This document shows, piece after piece, positions 26,372 to 36,980 of a stretch of 64,000 bases of DNA; within the stretch, counting starts at the first letter, position 1, and each line of letters starts with the position of its first letter. The translations under genes were made by a program, and so were the position numbers. The notes under the pieces are model-generated. The model was not told the origin of the DNA, made no database searches, and saw nothing but the letters and a program-made list of their open reading frames with translations. The stretch is from Cyanophyceae cyanobacterium (GTDB lineage Bacteria > Cyanobacteriota > Cyanobacteriia > Cyanobacteriales > JBHJGN01): NCBI GenBank assembly GCA_050331735.1, contig JBHJGN010000020.1, positions 46,683 to 110,682 on the forward strand. The letters run 5' to 3'.

Positions 26372-27325
26372 CTAGCGTTCATACTGCTCATAAGCGGCCA
26401 CAATCTTCTGTACGAGGGGATGACGCACGACATCGGCTTGAGAGAAATGACAAAAGGCAATGCCCTCGACCGACTTGAGAATTCTACTAGCCACCACTAA
26501 TCCAGAATCTTGATGGTGAGGTAAATCGGTTTGGGTAATATCTCCTGTCACCACCATGCGCGAGTTTTCCCCTAGTCGAGTCAGCACCATTTTCAGTTGG
26601 GCTGGAGTGGTATTTTGGGCCTCATCTACGATCACAAAGGCATTGTTGAGAGTGCGACCGCGCATGTAGGCCAGGGGCGCGACTTCAATTTTGCCTCTCT
26701 CCATCAAGTCGGGAATTCTTTCTGGATCGATGAATTCATAGAGGGCATCGTAAAGGGGACGGAGGAAAGGATTGACCTTTTGCTGTAAATCTCCGGGCAA
26801 AAAGCCGAGTTTTTCTCCGGCTTCTACGGCTGGACGAGTGAGAATCAGACGATCACAGCGATCTTCAAGCAGGGCCTGTACCGCTAACACCGCGGCCAAA
26901 AAGGTTTTGCCCGTTCCGGCTGGTCCAATACAGAAGGTAATGTCGTGGGTTTGAATGGCCTTGACATACTGCCGTTGACGAAAGGTTTTCGCTCGAATGA
27001 GGTCGCCTCGTCGCGTCCGCGCCAGCACATCTTGCTGCAAATCCTGATACTCGTGCAAACGCCCGGTATCTAGAGCGTGGAAGGCGGTCAGAATATCGGG
27101 GGGAGAGATGCTTTTCGCTTCTTTCCAGTAGGGCTGGAGAGAGCGGACCACTTTGCTGGCTCGCTCGACGGGCTTCGTTTGCCCATAGATCAGGAGATCC
27201 TGGCCCCGCAGTACGAGGCTGGCTCCAGTATGGCGAGCCAGGAGCTTGAGGTTTTCATCGCCTTTGCCTGCTAGGGCGATCGCACTTTGAATACTGGGTA
27301 GCTGAATCGTTTGAGATTCTGTCAC
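26372..27325 (-). CDS. phoH: PhoH family ATPase
   Basis: GPAGTGKT, RPAVEAGEKLGFLPG, YMRGRT, DEAQN, GDITQTD; probable GTG start at 27325. Confidence 0.94.
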   Translation of the reverse strand: MTESQTIQLPSIQSAIALAGKGDENLKLLARHTGASLVLRGQDLLIYGQTKPVERASKVVRSLQPYWKEAKSISPPDILTAFHALDTGRLHEYQDLQQDVLARTRRGDLIRAKTFRQRQYVKAIQTHDITFCIGPAGTGKTFLAAVLAVQALLEDRCDRLILTRPAVEAGEKLGFLPGDLQQKVNPFLRPLYDALYEFIDPERIPDLMERGKIEVAPLAYMRGRTLNNAFVIVDEAQNTTPAQLKMVLTRLGENSRMVVTGDITQTDLPHHQDSGLVVASRILKSVEGIAFCHFSQADVVRHPLVQKIVAAYEQYER

Positions 27326-27510
27326 AATTTTCCGTTGGCAGATAGAGTAGTCCGACGGCCCCTGGCCGCCCCCGGGATGAATGATTCTTCCTACAAAGTT
27401 ATCTTTGAGTCTATGATGTCTGTCAAGCAGGTTACTGCTAGGATCTTGAATGAAGGTGCTATAGTGCCAGAGGCACATGCCGTCAGCACGAGAGAGGGGA
27501 GGAAAGATTC

Positions 27511-27852
27511 ATGGAGCGAGCGCCCGCTCAGCAAATTTCGTTAGCTGCGATCAGGCAACTTGGTTTTTGTTCAGGCTCGATCGTTAGTCCGATGGTAGCG
27601 GTCTGCCTAGCCGGAGTCCCGTCGCTGGCACTCCCCCCTCCTGAAGAGGTGCCGGAGGAGATTCTGCGGACTGAAATTATTACAAGAGCGCGATCTCCCC
27701 TTGATGGTGAACTGCTCAGTGCTGCTGAATACGCGCAACTGCAGGCTCAGCTCGCTCAAAGTCCTTTTCCTCCTGAATTAAATTCCCAAGTGCGGCAAAT
27801 TATCTTTCTTCTGCAAATTCGCCAGCTACTCGAAACTCTCAACCCATTTTAA
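27511..27852 (+). CDS. hypothetical exported protein
   Basis: Signal-like segment followed by LPPPEEVPEEILRTEIITRARSPLDG. Confidence 0.7.
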   Translation: MERAPAQQISLAAIRQLGFCSGSIVSPMVAVCLAGVPSLALPPPEEVPEEILRTEIITRARSPLDGELLSAAEYAQLQAQLAQSPFPPELNSQVRQIIFLLQIRQLLETLNPF

Positions 27853-27996
27853 CTTCACGGTGGGTCAGCCAGCATCTGCTGATGACGAGTAAATGATTGC
27901 TTCTCGTGGTCGAGGGTAAAAATATGTATCCTTTTTATAAATAAAGTTAAATTTGCTTGTTTTTTTGTTCCATTCATTCGTGTAAACAGTTTAGTA

Positions 27997-30297
27997 ATGC
28001 CCACACTACTTGCTTCCGACCAGGTTAATCAGATTGTTCACAACCTACACCACGACCCCTTTGAAATTCTCGGTGCTCATCCCCAAGCCCAAAATGGAGA
28101 AGTGGAAAGCTGGGTAGTACGCGCCTATCTTCCCAAGGCCAGCGCTGCCTGGGTAATCCGTCCCGAGGAACGAACCGAGTATCCTATGGAGACGGTACAT
28201 CATCCTCATTTTTTCGAGTGTACCATCCAGGTTAAAGAGCTGATCAATTACCAGTTGCGGATCAAGGAAGGGGAACACGAGCGGGTGATCTATGACCCTT
28301 ACGCTTTTCGCTCGCCCAAGCTCACTGAATACGACCTGCACTTGTTTGCCGAGGGCAATCACCATCGAATTTATGAAAAACTCGGCGCTCACGCGACAGA
28401 AATCAACGGAGTTCAGGGCGTTTATTTCGCGCTTTGGGCTCCTAATGCGCGGAATGCCTCGGTGATTGGCGACTTCAACTCCTGGGACGGCAGACACCAT
28501 CAGATGCGGAAGCGAGATCTTGGAGTTTGGGAACTGTTTATTCCCGAAATTGGAGTGGGGACAACCTATAAGTATGAAATTAAGAACTGGGAAGGTCATA
28601 TCTACGAAAAAACAGACCCCTACGGTTTTCAGCAGGAAGTGCGACCGAAAACCGCCTCTGTCGTTACCGACTTAGAGGCTTATCAGTGGAATGATGCCGC
28701 TTGGCTGGAAAAGCGCCGTCACAGCGACCCCCTGACTCAACCGATTGCTGTTTATGAAGTTCATCTTGGCTCTTGGATGCACGGTTCCTCCGCCGAGCAG
28801 CCTCCGTTACTCAACGGTCAAGGCGAGCCAATTCAGGTGTCAGACCTCAAGCCTGGAGCGCGTTTTCTAAGCTACTATGAGCTAGCTCACAAGCTCATTC
28901 CCTACGTTAAAGAGTTAGGATACACGCACATCGAACTCCTGCCGATTGCAGAACATCCCTTTGATGGTTCCTGGGGATATCAGGTTACGGGCTATTACGC
29001 GGCTACCTCCCGCTACGGCAACCCGGAAGACTTGATGTATTTCATCGATCGGTGTCATCAGCAGGGCATTGGCGTGATTGTTGACTGGGTTCCCGGTCAT
29101 TTCCCCAAAGACGGACACGGTTTAGCTTTCTTCGACGGCACTCACCTCTACGAACATGCCGATCCTCGCCGGGGAGAACACAAGGAATGGGGTACGCTAG
29201 TCTTTAACTACAGCCGCAACGAAGTGCGTAACTTCCTAGTCGCGAATGCTCTGTTCTGGTTTGACAAATATCACATTGACGGCATTCGCGTCGATGCCGT
29301 GGCCTCGATGCTGTATCTCGACTACTGCCGCCAGACCGGAGAGTGGTTGCCCAACCAGTATGGCGGTCGAGAAAACTTAGAAGCCGCCGATTTTCTCCGT
29401 CAGGTTCACGGGATTCTCTACGGCTACTTTCCGGGGGTGCTGTCGATTGCGGAAGAATCGACCTCTTGGCCGATGGTTTCTTGGCCCACCTACGTTGGTG
29501 GTTTGGGCTTTAACCTGAAGTGGAATATGGGCTGGATGCACGACATGCTGGACTACTTCAGCATGGACCCCTGGTTCCGCCAGTTTCACCAAAACAACAT
29601 TACCTTCAGTATCTGGTATCACCACAGCGAAAACTATATGCTGGCGCTTTCCCATGATGAAGTAGTTCACGGTAAGAGCAGCATCATCGGCAAAATGCCA
29701 GGAGATGAGTGGCAGAAATTTGCCAATGTCCGCTGTTTGTTTACCTATATGTATACCCATCCCGGCAAAAAGACCATGTTTATGAGTATGGAATTTGGCC
29801 AGTGGAGCGAATGGAATGTTTGGGGAGATCTAGAGTGGCATCTGCTTCAGCACGAACCGCACCAGAAGCTCAGACAGTTTTTTGCCGATCTTAATACTTT
29901 GTATAGAAATGAGCCCGCCCTTTACACTCAAGATTACGAGGAGCCAGGATTTGCCTGGATAGACTGTAGCGACAACCGTCACAGCGTCGTTTCCTTCCTG
30001 CGCTGCGGCAAGGACAGCGAAGATTTTGTGGTGACGGTGTGTAACTTTACTCCTCAGCCCCACAGCCACTATCGGGTTGGCGTACCGGAAATGGGCTTTT
30101 ATACCGAGTTATTTAACAGCGATGCCCGCGAGTATGGGGGTAGCAACATGGGAAATTTGGGAGGCAAATGGACTGATGAATGGGCTTTCCACAATCAGCC
30201 TTATTCCCTCGATTTGTGCTTACCGCCGTTAGCTGTGATGGTGTTCAAACTAGACCGCCAGAAAACAGCCGAGGCGATGCAGCAGTTTAACCACTAG
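27997..30297 (+). CDS. glgB: 1,4-alpha-glucan branching enzyme
   Basis: GH13 motifs [39 protein letters not shown]. Confidence 0.98.
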   Translation: MPTLLASDQVNQIVHNLHHDPFEILGAHPQAQNGEVESWVVRAYLPKASAAWVIRPEERTEYPMETVHHPHFFECTIQVKELINYQLRIKEGEHERVIYDPYAFRSPKLTEYDLHLFAEGNHHRIYEKLGAHATEINGVQGVYFALWAPNARNASVIGDFNSWDGRHHQMRKRDLGVWELFIPEIGVGTTYKYEIKNWEGHIYEKTDPYGFQQEVRPKTASVVTDLEAYQWNDAAWLEKRRHSDPLTQPIAVYEVHLGSWMHGSSAEQPPLLNGQGEPIQVSDLKPGARFLSYYELAHKLIPYVKELGYTHIELLPIAEHPFDGSWGYQVTGYYAATSRYGNPEDLMYFIDRCHQQGIGVIVDWVPGHFPKDGHGLAFFDGTHLYEHADPRRGEHKEWGTLVFNYSRNEVRNFLVANALFWFDKYHIDGIRVDAVASMLYLDYCRQTGEWLPNQYGGRENLEAADFLRQVHGILYGYFPGVLSIAEESTSWPMVSWPTYVGGLGFNLKWNMGWMHDMLDYFSMDPWFRQFHQNNITFSIWYHHSENYMLALSHDEVVHGKSSIIGKMPGDEWQKFANVRCLFTYMYTHPGKKTMFMSMEFGQWSEWNVWGDLEWHLLQHEPHQKLRQFFADLNTLYRNEPALYTQDYEEPGFAWIDCSDNRHSVVSFLRCGKDSEDFVVTVCNFTPQPHSHYRVGVPEMGFYTELFNSDAREYGGSNMGNLGGKWTDEWAFHNQPYSLDLCLPPLAVMVFKLDRQKTAEAMQQFNH

Positions 30298-30408
30298 AAG
30301 TAAAATTCAAAAGGCAAAAAAAACACATCAGCTTGTTAATTTTGCTTTTTGAACTTTTGAGTTGTCGCTCCTAAATGGTTTTCTGGGGGGGACAACTTGG
30401 ATTTAGCT

Positions 30409-30519
30409 CTACTGAAACAAAAACCCCGCTAAGATCAGAGGGATAAATAGAAGAGCTGTCACGATAAACAGCAGCGTCCCTGGCTCTACGGTAATGACGT
30501 TTTTCTCGCGCTCGTTCAT
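30409..30519 (-). CDS. 36-aa single-pass membrane peptide (below ORF-track cutoff)
   Basis: MNEREKNVITVEPGTLLFIVTALLFIPLILAGFLFQ*; GAGGTG SD-like motif just upstream of the ATG. Confidence 0.65.
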   Translation of the reverse strand: MNEREKNVITVEPGTLLFIVTALLFIPLILAGFLFQ

Positions 30520-30687
30520 GAGTCACCTCTGAGTCATTCTTCTTCTAGCCTACTACCGAATGACTAGAGAAATAAACAGGCTTAACATAGTGTAAGCGCC
30601 GCAGGTGTCGGAAAAGAGTTGGGGAAAGATTATGAGCTTTTTCTTGGCGGTCACCAGCAATTCAGAACCCAGTATCCCTGCGATGAG

Positions 30688-30761
30688 GGCGAACGAGGGG
30701 ACTCGAACCCCCGAATGGTGGAACCACAATCCACTGCCTTAACCACTTGGCTACGCTCGCC
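30688..30761 (-). tRNA. trnH: tRNA-His (GUG)
   Basis: Reverse complement GGCGAGCGTAGCCAAGTGGTTAAGGCAGTGGATTGTGGTTCCACCATTCGGGGGTTCGAGTCCCCTCGTTCGCC: cloverleaf, GTG anticodon, G-1:C73 pair, CCA not encoded. Confidence 0.97.
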
Positions 30762-30841
30762 ATGTACGTCTATTTAATATAGCATTTGATGGGTAATACT
30801 GCTTCTAGAGTTAACCCAGTGACTCTCAAAAAACAGCGACA

Positions 30842-31228
30842 GTGCGCCAAGTCCGCATGAAAGTACCACTAATCAGGGCAGGGGCGGGAAGTCTACTCAT
30901 CGCGCTAGGAGCGACGATGGCAGTGACAAATCCCGGAAAAGCAGACTATGTAGACTATGCAACAGAGGAGCTGGTCAATTACTTACAAGACTACTGTCGT
31001 GAGGCTTCTGGTCCGCTCGAGTTTCTCAAGCCTTACTGCCAGACCTTAGTTGACAGTAATCGTCCTCAAATTAAACAGCTCATTGCTCAGAAGACGCAAA
31101 GACAAAACTTTCTGCTGTTCAGCATTTATCAAACTGAGTTGGCGATCGCCGCGCCTTTACCCGGTTATCATGTGGAGGTATTGGCAATTTTTCACACTTT
31201 CTACATCTATGAAGTAGAGAGTCTTTAA
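30842..31228 (+). CDS. DUF4359-like hypothetical protein
   Basis: N-terminal TM then TNP..DY.DYA and TQRQNFLLFSIYQT. Confidence 0.75.
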   Translation: MRQVRMKVPLIRAGAGSLLIALGATMAVTNPGKADYVDYATEELVNYLQDYCREASGPLEFLKPYCQTLVDSNRPQIKQLIAQKTQRQNFLLFSIYQTELAIAAPLPGYHVEVLAIFHTFYIYEVESL

Positions 31229-31372
31229 CCGAGCTATGTCAGCTAGTCTGCTGGTTTATCCGTGTCGCGGCTAACAGCAATAGCGGACGTTAAAATGTCA
31301 TCTTGATAGCCAGCAACGGGAAGAATCACAATAGAGCTAGTTGCTTGGGCCATCAACTATCGCGTAAGGAAA

Positions 31373-31756
31373 TTGACAATGACTGAATCTAACCAGAGTG
31401 AGAACCCAACCTTAGAGCCTAAAGAAGCCACTCGAACTCCTCCCTGGGGTAGAGCGACGGTTTTAGAAGAAGGCCCCCGCTATCGCATCAATCGGATTGA
31501 GGTCAAGCCGGGACATCACATTAGTACTCAGATGCACTATCACCGCAGTGAGCACTGGATTGTTGTCTCTGGCACGGCGAAGGTCATCTTTGATGGCCAA
31601 GAAACCCTGCTCATGCAAAAACAATCAACCTACGTACCAATGAATACTCCCCATCGCGTCGAAAATCCAGGAGTGATTCCCCTAGTGATGATTGAGGTGC
31701 AAAACGGTGAGTTTCTCGGTGACGAAGACATTATTCGCTTTCCCGAAGAGCAATAG
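31373..31756 (+). CDS. stand-alone cupin, type II mannose-6-phosphate isomerase-like (second paralogue)
   Basis: PPWG, QMHYHRSEHWIVVSG, IEVQNGEFLGDEDIIR. Confidence 0.9.
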   Translation: MTMTESNQSENPTLEPKEATRTPPWGRATVLEEGPRYRINRIEVKPGHHISTQMHYHRSEHWIVVSGTAKVIFDGQETLLMQKQSTYVPMNTPHRVENPGVIPLVMIEVQNGEFLGDEDIIRFPEEQ

Positions 31757-31871
31757 AGCTGCCGACTCAGGAAAAGGGAGAAATGGCTCGGTTTCCTTGA
31801 CGCTTGACTAAGCCAACGACTGTTCCCTCGATAACAATCGCTCCCTTTTCCCAATCTTCGTCGGTGGGCGA

Positions 31872-33161
31872 TTAAAGTCCTAGCCCTCCCTGTTCGATAG
31901 CATTGGAGTCCCCTTGCAAAACTCTTTGACCCAATCCGCGAATTTGCGGTTTTAAATTGTCGGGGGCAACTCTTTCGGCTTGGCTAAATAGAGAGCGAGC
32001 CATTTCTGAGTCTCCTCTGAGGTAGCGCAACACAGCTTTATTGACCAAAGCATTGAGGTTGTTCTGCTGCTCGGCAAGCACCTCATCGTACAAAGCTTCC
32101 GCTTCATCTAGCTGACCTGCCGTTTTGTAAGATTGCGCTAACTGGAGACGAAACTCATTCTCAAACTCTGAGCGAGAATCAGCTTCGGATAGAAGTTGAG
32201 TACTGCCTTGTTCTTTGGTCAACAAGATATCTGTGCCGAACAGCACGAATAAGGCGATCGCCCCTACAGCAACTAAGGCCCCAGTCAGATAGAATCGCCG
32301 CCTCTGAGTAACGGACTCACTGGATACCGAACGTAGACTCTGAGCTAAACCCGGAGCAACATCCGGTTGATTAGCTTTCTGAGGTCGTAACTGAGTGACT
32401 CTCGATAAAATACGACGATCGATGCCAAAATGATAGATTTTATTGAGCTCCTGAACGAGCCACAGCAGTGGTTCGGCGGCCCCAGTCGCGTTAAGATAGT
32501 GTTTGCCAGTTTTGTGAGCAATGGGAATAGCGGAGTGGAACTTTTGATAGTTGGCATTAACATCATCTAGACGTTGAAGCAGTGGCTGCAACCCAACCTC
32601 AAGCTGCTGCTGGGTCAAAGGATCAAACTCGAGGAGATCGCACTTCGTCAGAATAATCGCAAAAGCATACTTCAAGCCATTAAGATTAACCAAATCGGCG
32701 ATCGCAACAACAGCACGAAAAATCTCTGTCAGCGACTGTTGATATTCAGGCTGGTGGACCAAAGCATGAGCATCAATAAAGACACAGCAGCCATTCGAGG
32801 TGGACACGATTCTGGTAAAGTCGGCATTGTGGACGCTGCAAATTTCACCCGGAATATCCCACCAGCGAAAATGACACAGGGTTTGAATTCCTTGACTGTT
32901 GCGCTGTTTGAGTCTGAAGTTAAAATCCGTTACTTTAATCGTGACCGGCGGATACTGACCAGAGCGAGCAATATAGCGAAAGAGAGCCTCTAAATTGTCC
33001 TGAGCCTCATTGTCAAGGCAATCAAACCAGAGCGATCGCTCGGTCTGGTTTGCATAGAGCTCTGCATAACTTCCGGCTAAAAAAACAGTTTTTCCGACCC
33101 CTCTGTGTCCAATACTGAGTAGACTAAACGTTTTAATAGCGGTCCCCGATGTTAAGTTCAT
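31872..33161 (-). CDS. TRAFAC-like GTPase domain + TM helix + TPR protein
   Basis: G1 GHRGVGKT, G3 WDIPGE, G4 LTKCD; TM FYLTGALVAVGAIALFVLFG; TPR LAQSY...EAEALYDEVL...NALVNKAVL. Confidence 0.8.
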   Translation of the reverse strand: MNLTSGTAIKTFSLLSIGHRGVGKTVFLAGSYAELYANQTERSLWFDCLDNEAQDNLEALFRYIARSGQYPPVTIKVTDFNFRLKQRNSQGIQTLCHFRWWDIPGEICSVHNADFTRIVSTSNGCCVFIDAHALVHQPEYQQSLTEIFRAVVAIADLVNLNGLKYAFAIILTKCDLLEFDPLTQQQLEVGLQPLLQRLDDVNANYQKFHSAIPIAHKTGKHYLNATGAAEPLLWLVQELNKIYHFGIDRRILSRVTQLRPQKANQPDVAPGLAQSLRSVSSESVTQRRRFYLTGALVAVGAIALFVLFGTDILLTKEQGSTQLLSEADSRSEFENEFRLQLAQSYKTAGQLDEAEALYDEVLAEQQNNLNALVNKAVLRYLRGDSEMARSLFSQAERVAPDNLKPQIRGLGQRVLQGDSNAIEQGGLGL

Positions 33162-33193
33162 ATGTCCTGACGTACGAAAAAAAGCAGAGCCAT

Positions 33194-34132
33194 CTAAAGA
33201 GAGATAACAATACTATTTTGCCCAACTTCAGTAGCGCTTAGCACTTTTGTCGAGAGATAACCGCTCTGAGTCAAGGAGGGCAAACAGGTTGCTATTAACG
33301 AAGATAATTTCCAGGAAAAGGGCTGCCTCTCTGGTTTTTGCGGAGCGAGAACGCTGACCTGGAAAAAACTGTACACCAAACCAACTAGTGCTAGGGTCGT
33401 TGTGGCGATGCCAACCCCAAGCAGTATTTGTATCTGATAACCTGTTTTCATCTTTGCCGGTAGCAAAGAAGAGGGCCCCGTCGCTGATGCCGCTGCTGAT
33501 GACGCACGAGATGGTCCTGGTTGTTTCAACTTCGACTTAGCGCCATTGTGTACTGGATTGACTCCCGTCGCTGAGGTAAAAACAGACCCCTTGTGCCCGT
33601 TAGCAACAATTTTTTGCTGGGTTTCTCGATCGGGAATATACAAATCTAATAATTGCTTGTTGCGGAGAGCAGTGTAGCTATAGTGACGCACTTTTGTCGG
33701 AACAGCCACTCCAGGACGAAACGACTGATAGCTGAAATCGGTAATTTCTAGATCTTGAAGAGTCGCGGCTGGGTTCAGGGGGCTAACGCCACATGCCGGT
33801 CCCTTCTGCAAACACAGTAGAAGAATCTCTAGCTGACTGTTTGATACTAGCTTTTCTAGATAATAGCTGATGAAGTATGGAAGATGAGAACGACCGAGAT
33901 CGTCGCATTTGTCGTTATAGAGCCAGCCAAAAAGAGTTCGATCTGGGGCTAGCTGTAGCAAATAAGCCGCTCGGTAGCCTGGAATCGGCGGGTTGTACGA
34001 ATTCCAATATCTAAAAGCGATTCTTTGCAGGAAAACCTGCTCGATCTCTTCAGATGTTGCATCGCTTCTTAGAACCTTGAGACCTACATCCGCAAAGCTG
34101 GTGTAGATAAGCTGCCCTAGACGCAGATCCAT
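33194..34132 (-). CDS. hypothetical protein with GAP1-N-like N-terminal domain and C-terminal TM
   Basis: N-terminal GQLIYTSF...DDLGRSHLPYFISYYL; low-complexity linker; TM IQILLGVGIATTTLALVGLVYSFF; 32 nt upstream of the GTPase gene. Confidence 0.6.
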   Translation of the reverse strand: MDLRLGQLIYTSFADVGLKVLRSDATSEEIEQVFLQRIAFRYWNSYNPPIPGYRAAYLLQLAPDRTLFGWLYNDKCDDLGRSHLPYFISYYLEKLVSNSQLEILLLCLQKGPACGVSPLNPAATLQDLEITDFSYQSFRPGVAVPTKVRHYSYTALRNKQLLDLYIPDRETQQKIVANGHKGSVFTSATGVNPVHNGAKSKLKQPGPSRASSAAASATGPSSLLPAKMKTGYQIQILLGVGIATTTLALVGLVYSFFQVSVLAPQKPERQPFSWKLSSLIATCLPSLTQSGYLSTKVLSATEVGQNSIVISL

Positions 34133-34444
34133 AGCTTAACGACCAATAAGCAGATGACACAGCGATTAAATTGCTAACGTGCAATGCTAGATTAGATATA
34201 GTCTAATTTTAAAAGTACAGTCTTTGGGAGTTTTTTTCAAGCATTTTTGTCTGATACCGTACTCAGCTTCCAGCTCTAACTTGACGTTGAGCTAGCGTAG
34301 AAGTGACGCTGCCCTCGAGCGATGCATCTGATGCTGATTATTTTCCGAGAAGCCCAAGGCGACGAGCATTCCTTAGTCCAGAACATACAGCAAACGATGC
34401 CGTTAGCTCTGAAAACCGTTTCTGCCGTCAATAACTAGTTTGAT

Positions 34445-34852
34445 TTAACGCCAGTGGTTGCGTCCTTTCCAGAATATACCGACAATTACCCCGACGGCTG
34501 TCGTCGAAGACAACCCGATGAGCAAAGCCGGAAAGGGCAGTAAAGATTTCAACAATAAGCCAATCATCAAGCACAAAACTAAAGCCCACAAACTGCCAAC
34601 GTTCAAACGAACAGATTGCGATCGCTCGCAGACGTAGACGCTTAAAGCGCCAACGCCAACAGCCGCAGCAAGCGGTAAAATTAACCCCAACGGGGGCGTA
34701 AATACTAGCGTTAAAGAACGACGCAGGGACTCGATGCTCATTCCCCAAGCCAGAATGCTGTCGAGGACAATCGACACAGCCGTTGTTAACGCTGCCGCCT
34801 TGAGTAAAGGTGGCCAGGGTTGAGATTTAAAACGCTGCCAGGGATCGTTCAT
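34445..34852 (-). CDS. hypothetical multi-pass membrane protein
   Basis: About four hydrophobic helices; MNDPWQRFKSQPW N-terminus. Confidence 0.75.
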   Translation of the reverse strand: MNDPWQRFKSQPWPPLLKAAALTTAVSIVLDSILAWGMSIESLRRSLTLVFTPPLGLILPLAAAVGVGALSVYVCERSQSVRLNVGSLWALVLCLMIGLLLKSLLPFPALLIGLSSTTAVGVIVGIFWKGRNHWR

Positions 34853-34873
34853 CAGCTCAAGTTAGGAAAAAAT

Positions 34874-36301
34874 TTATTCGAGAGTTTTGATCAGCTGACG
34901 ACTCTGCCCCGGCATAAGCTGAGAAGATTGGCTGGGATAGACGAGTTGACCAGCGACCAGGCGGTGAGTGCCGCTGGCGACGATGCGATCCTCTGGCTGG
35001 AGCGTACCGCGCACAATCACCCGATTGCTCTCCTGATGCAAAATTTCTACGGCTTGCTGCTCTAGACGGTAAACGCTGTCGCTACCGGGTTCTTCCACCA
35101 GCACGTAGCAAGACCACAAACCCTGCGCTCCGCGAACGAGGGCTTCTGTGGGTAGCCAATAGCCCTCGACGGGCTGCTCCTCTACCAGCGTCCATTGGGC
35201 TAGCTGACCCGGGGCCAAACTGACTGACGGCAGGGATAAAACCACCGTTTGCGTTCGCGTTGATGGGTCCACCTCCGGCAGAATGGCCGTCACCTGAGCA
35301 GGATAGGTTTTCTCAGCGATGATTACTTTTTGCTGGCTGCCTACTTCAATTTGCTCTGCCGCTGAAGCAGGAATGCCAATTCGGGCTTCCGGTTGTTCCG
35401 CCTCAACTAAGCGAACGATTGATTCTCCTGACGAAACCACGGTTCCCTCGTCTACCTGCCGTGCGGCAATTTTCCCGGCAAAAGGGGCATTGAGGGTATT
35501 TTTGGCAATATCAATATCAATCCTGGCCAGGCGGGCTTCAAGCTGGCCGACAACGGCCTGCTGCGCTTCAATTTGTTCCGAACGAGTGCCTGCCAGCAGC
35601 TCATCTAGCTCGCTTTGAGCCGCTAGGAGGCGTTCTTTGAGAACATTAACGTTGAAACTGGCTTCATCGAGCTGCTCAGTGGAAATGGCTCCCTGAGCTT
35701 GCAAAAACTCCCGTCTGGTTTGCTTGAGCTGCTCTAATTTGAGCTGTTCCTCCAAATCTCCGACCAGAGCACGAGCACTAGCAATCTTTTCTGGTCGCGG
35801 GCCTGCCCGGAGTTCCTCTAGCACCGCGAGCGCTTGAGCCTTCTGAGCCAGTAGCTGCTGACGTTGGGTTTCCTGGCTGCTAGCATCTAGCTTAGCAATG
35901 ACGGCTCCAGCCGCCACCGTGTCTCCTTCTTCTACGTACAGCCGGATAACTGTGCCAGCATTTTCAAATCCTAGTTGGCTAGAGCGGGGGGCTGAGACCT
36001 TCCCCGTGTAGGTGCGCCCAACTTGGTAGGAATCAACTGGCTCTGCGCTGAGGGTTTGCACCGGAAGAGCGTTAATCTGTTCGTCTGCTGTCGCCTCGAC
36101 AACAGAAGCCTGCTGCTTAACGCCAACAGCACTGAGGCTCACTAACAAGAGGACTGCCCCCACTAAGCTCAGCCCCGCTAATTTCAGATGCCCTCTAATT
36201 TGATAGCCAGAGGCGATACTGAGTGGACCCCCTTCAAGACGAGCCTGAAAGGAGTCCGACGAATCGTGCAAAACTAAGCGTTCTTCCGCTCTAGGGTTCA
36301 T
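34874..36301 (-). CDS. efflux RND transporter periplasmic adaptor (MFP) subunit
   Basis: Lipoyl halves V.EGDTV..G.VIAKLD and LNAPFAG.I; coiled coil; ILPEVDPSTRT; start uncertain. Confidence 0.9.
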   Translation of the reverse strand: MNPRAEERLVLHDSSDSFQARLEGGPLSIASGYQIRGHLKLAGLSLVGAVLLLVSLSAVGVKQQASVVEATADEQINALPVQTLSAEPVDSYQVGRTYTGKVSAPRSSQLGFENAGTVIRLYVEEGDTVAAGAVIAKLDASSQETQRQQLLAQKAQALAVLEELRAGPRPEKIASARALVGDLEEQLKLEQLKQTRREFLQAQGAISTEQLDEASFNVNVLKERLLAAQSELDELLAGTRSEQIEAQQAVVGQLEARLARIDIDIAKNTLNAPFAGKIAARQVDEGTVVSSGESIVRLVEAEQPEARIGIPASAAEQIEVGSQQKVIIAEKTYPAQVTAILPEVDPSTRTQTVVLSLPSVSLAPGQLAQWTLVEEQPVEGYWLPTEALVRGAQGLWSCYVLVEEPGSDSVYRLEQQAVEILHQESNRVIVRGTLQPEDRIVASGTHRLVAGQLVYPSQSSQLMPGQSRQLIKTLE

Positions 36302-36446
36302 TCCCTAGCTCCTTGTGCGTACTAATTCCTTGCCATTTTACAATACTCTATTCGTTTAGCCTGACAGAAACTTGGAGAAAGTGACGCTTAATGTTACATT
36401 TTGGGGAATCGAACGGGAACTTTTGGTAGCGGGAGCTGTTTTCTCT

Positions 36447-36980
36447 TCAGAACTGGCTGTAAAAAACTACGGACGTCTTGCCATACTCTTTGACCCGACA
36501 AACGTCTAGGCGAGCAATAGAGGCTGGCTGCCACAGTTTTGGGCTGTACTCAACGGCGATTTCACCCTGAGCAGCGAGGAGATGGTGGTGAGCGATCGCC
36601 TCTAAAACTGGCTGGTAGAGACCGCTGGCATAGGGAGGATCAAAGTAGATGCGGTCGAACTGTCTGCGCAGAGCCCTTAACCGCCTTAAGACATCTCCTC
36701 GCAGCACGTGGAACTCCTGCCCGCTCTGAGCTAGGGGTTGCCAATTCTGGCGAATCAGGGCGCAGGCTCGTCCAGACTGTTCGATCCCAACAACAAGCCC
36801 AGCTCCTCGACACAGCGCTTCTGCCCCCATAGAACCACTGCCCGCACACAAATCTAGCCAGCAACAGCCGACCACGTTTCCTCGCCAAATATTAAATACC
36901 GCTTCCCGGACTCGGGAAGCGGTGGGACGGGTTGCCTGTCCGGGTAAGGTTTTAAGCTGGCGGTTGCCGTAGATTCTCAT
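36447..36980 (-). CDS. rsmD: 16S rRNA m2G966 methyltransferase
   Basis: MRIYG, TRPT...VREAVFN, LDLCAGSGSMGAEALCRGA, FDPPY; ATG at 36980. Confidence 0.94.
   Translation of the reverse strand: MRIYGNRQLKTLPGQATRPTASRVREAVFNIWRGNVVGCCWLDLCAGSGSMGAEALCRGAGLVVGIEQSGRACALIRQNWQPLAQSGQEFHVLRGDVLRRLRALRRQFDRIYFDPPYASGLYQPVLEAIAHHHLLAAQGEIAVEYSPKLWQPASIARLDVCRVKEYGKTSVVFYSQF

Noticed and set aside
27326..27478. N-terminal extension of PhoH (likewise the extra upstream residues given for nfi, rsmD and the 55 kb methyltransferase)
   Set aside because: Longest-ORF artefacts; family similarity begins at downstream starts
30688..34132. tRNA-His as integration site for the GTPase module
   Set aside because: The module lies on the tRNA 5' side; no duplicated tRNA 3' end or integrase was seen
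36301..36447. petG or another small photosynthesis gene beside rsmD
   Set aside because: No matching small ORF recognisable in this gap
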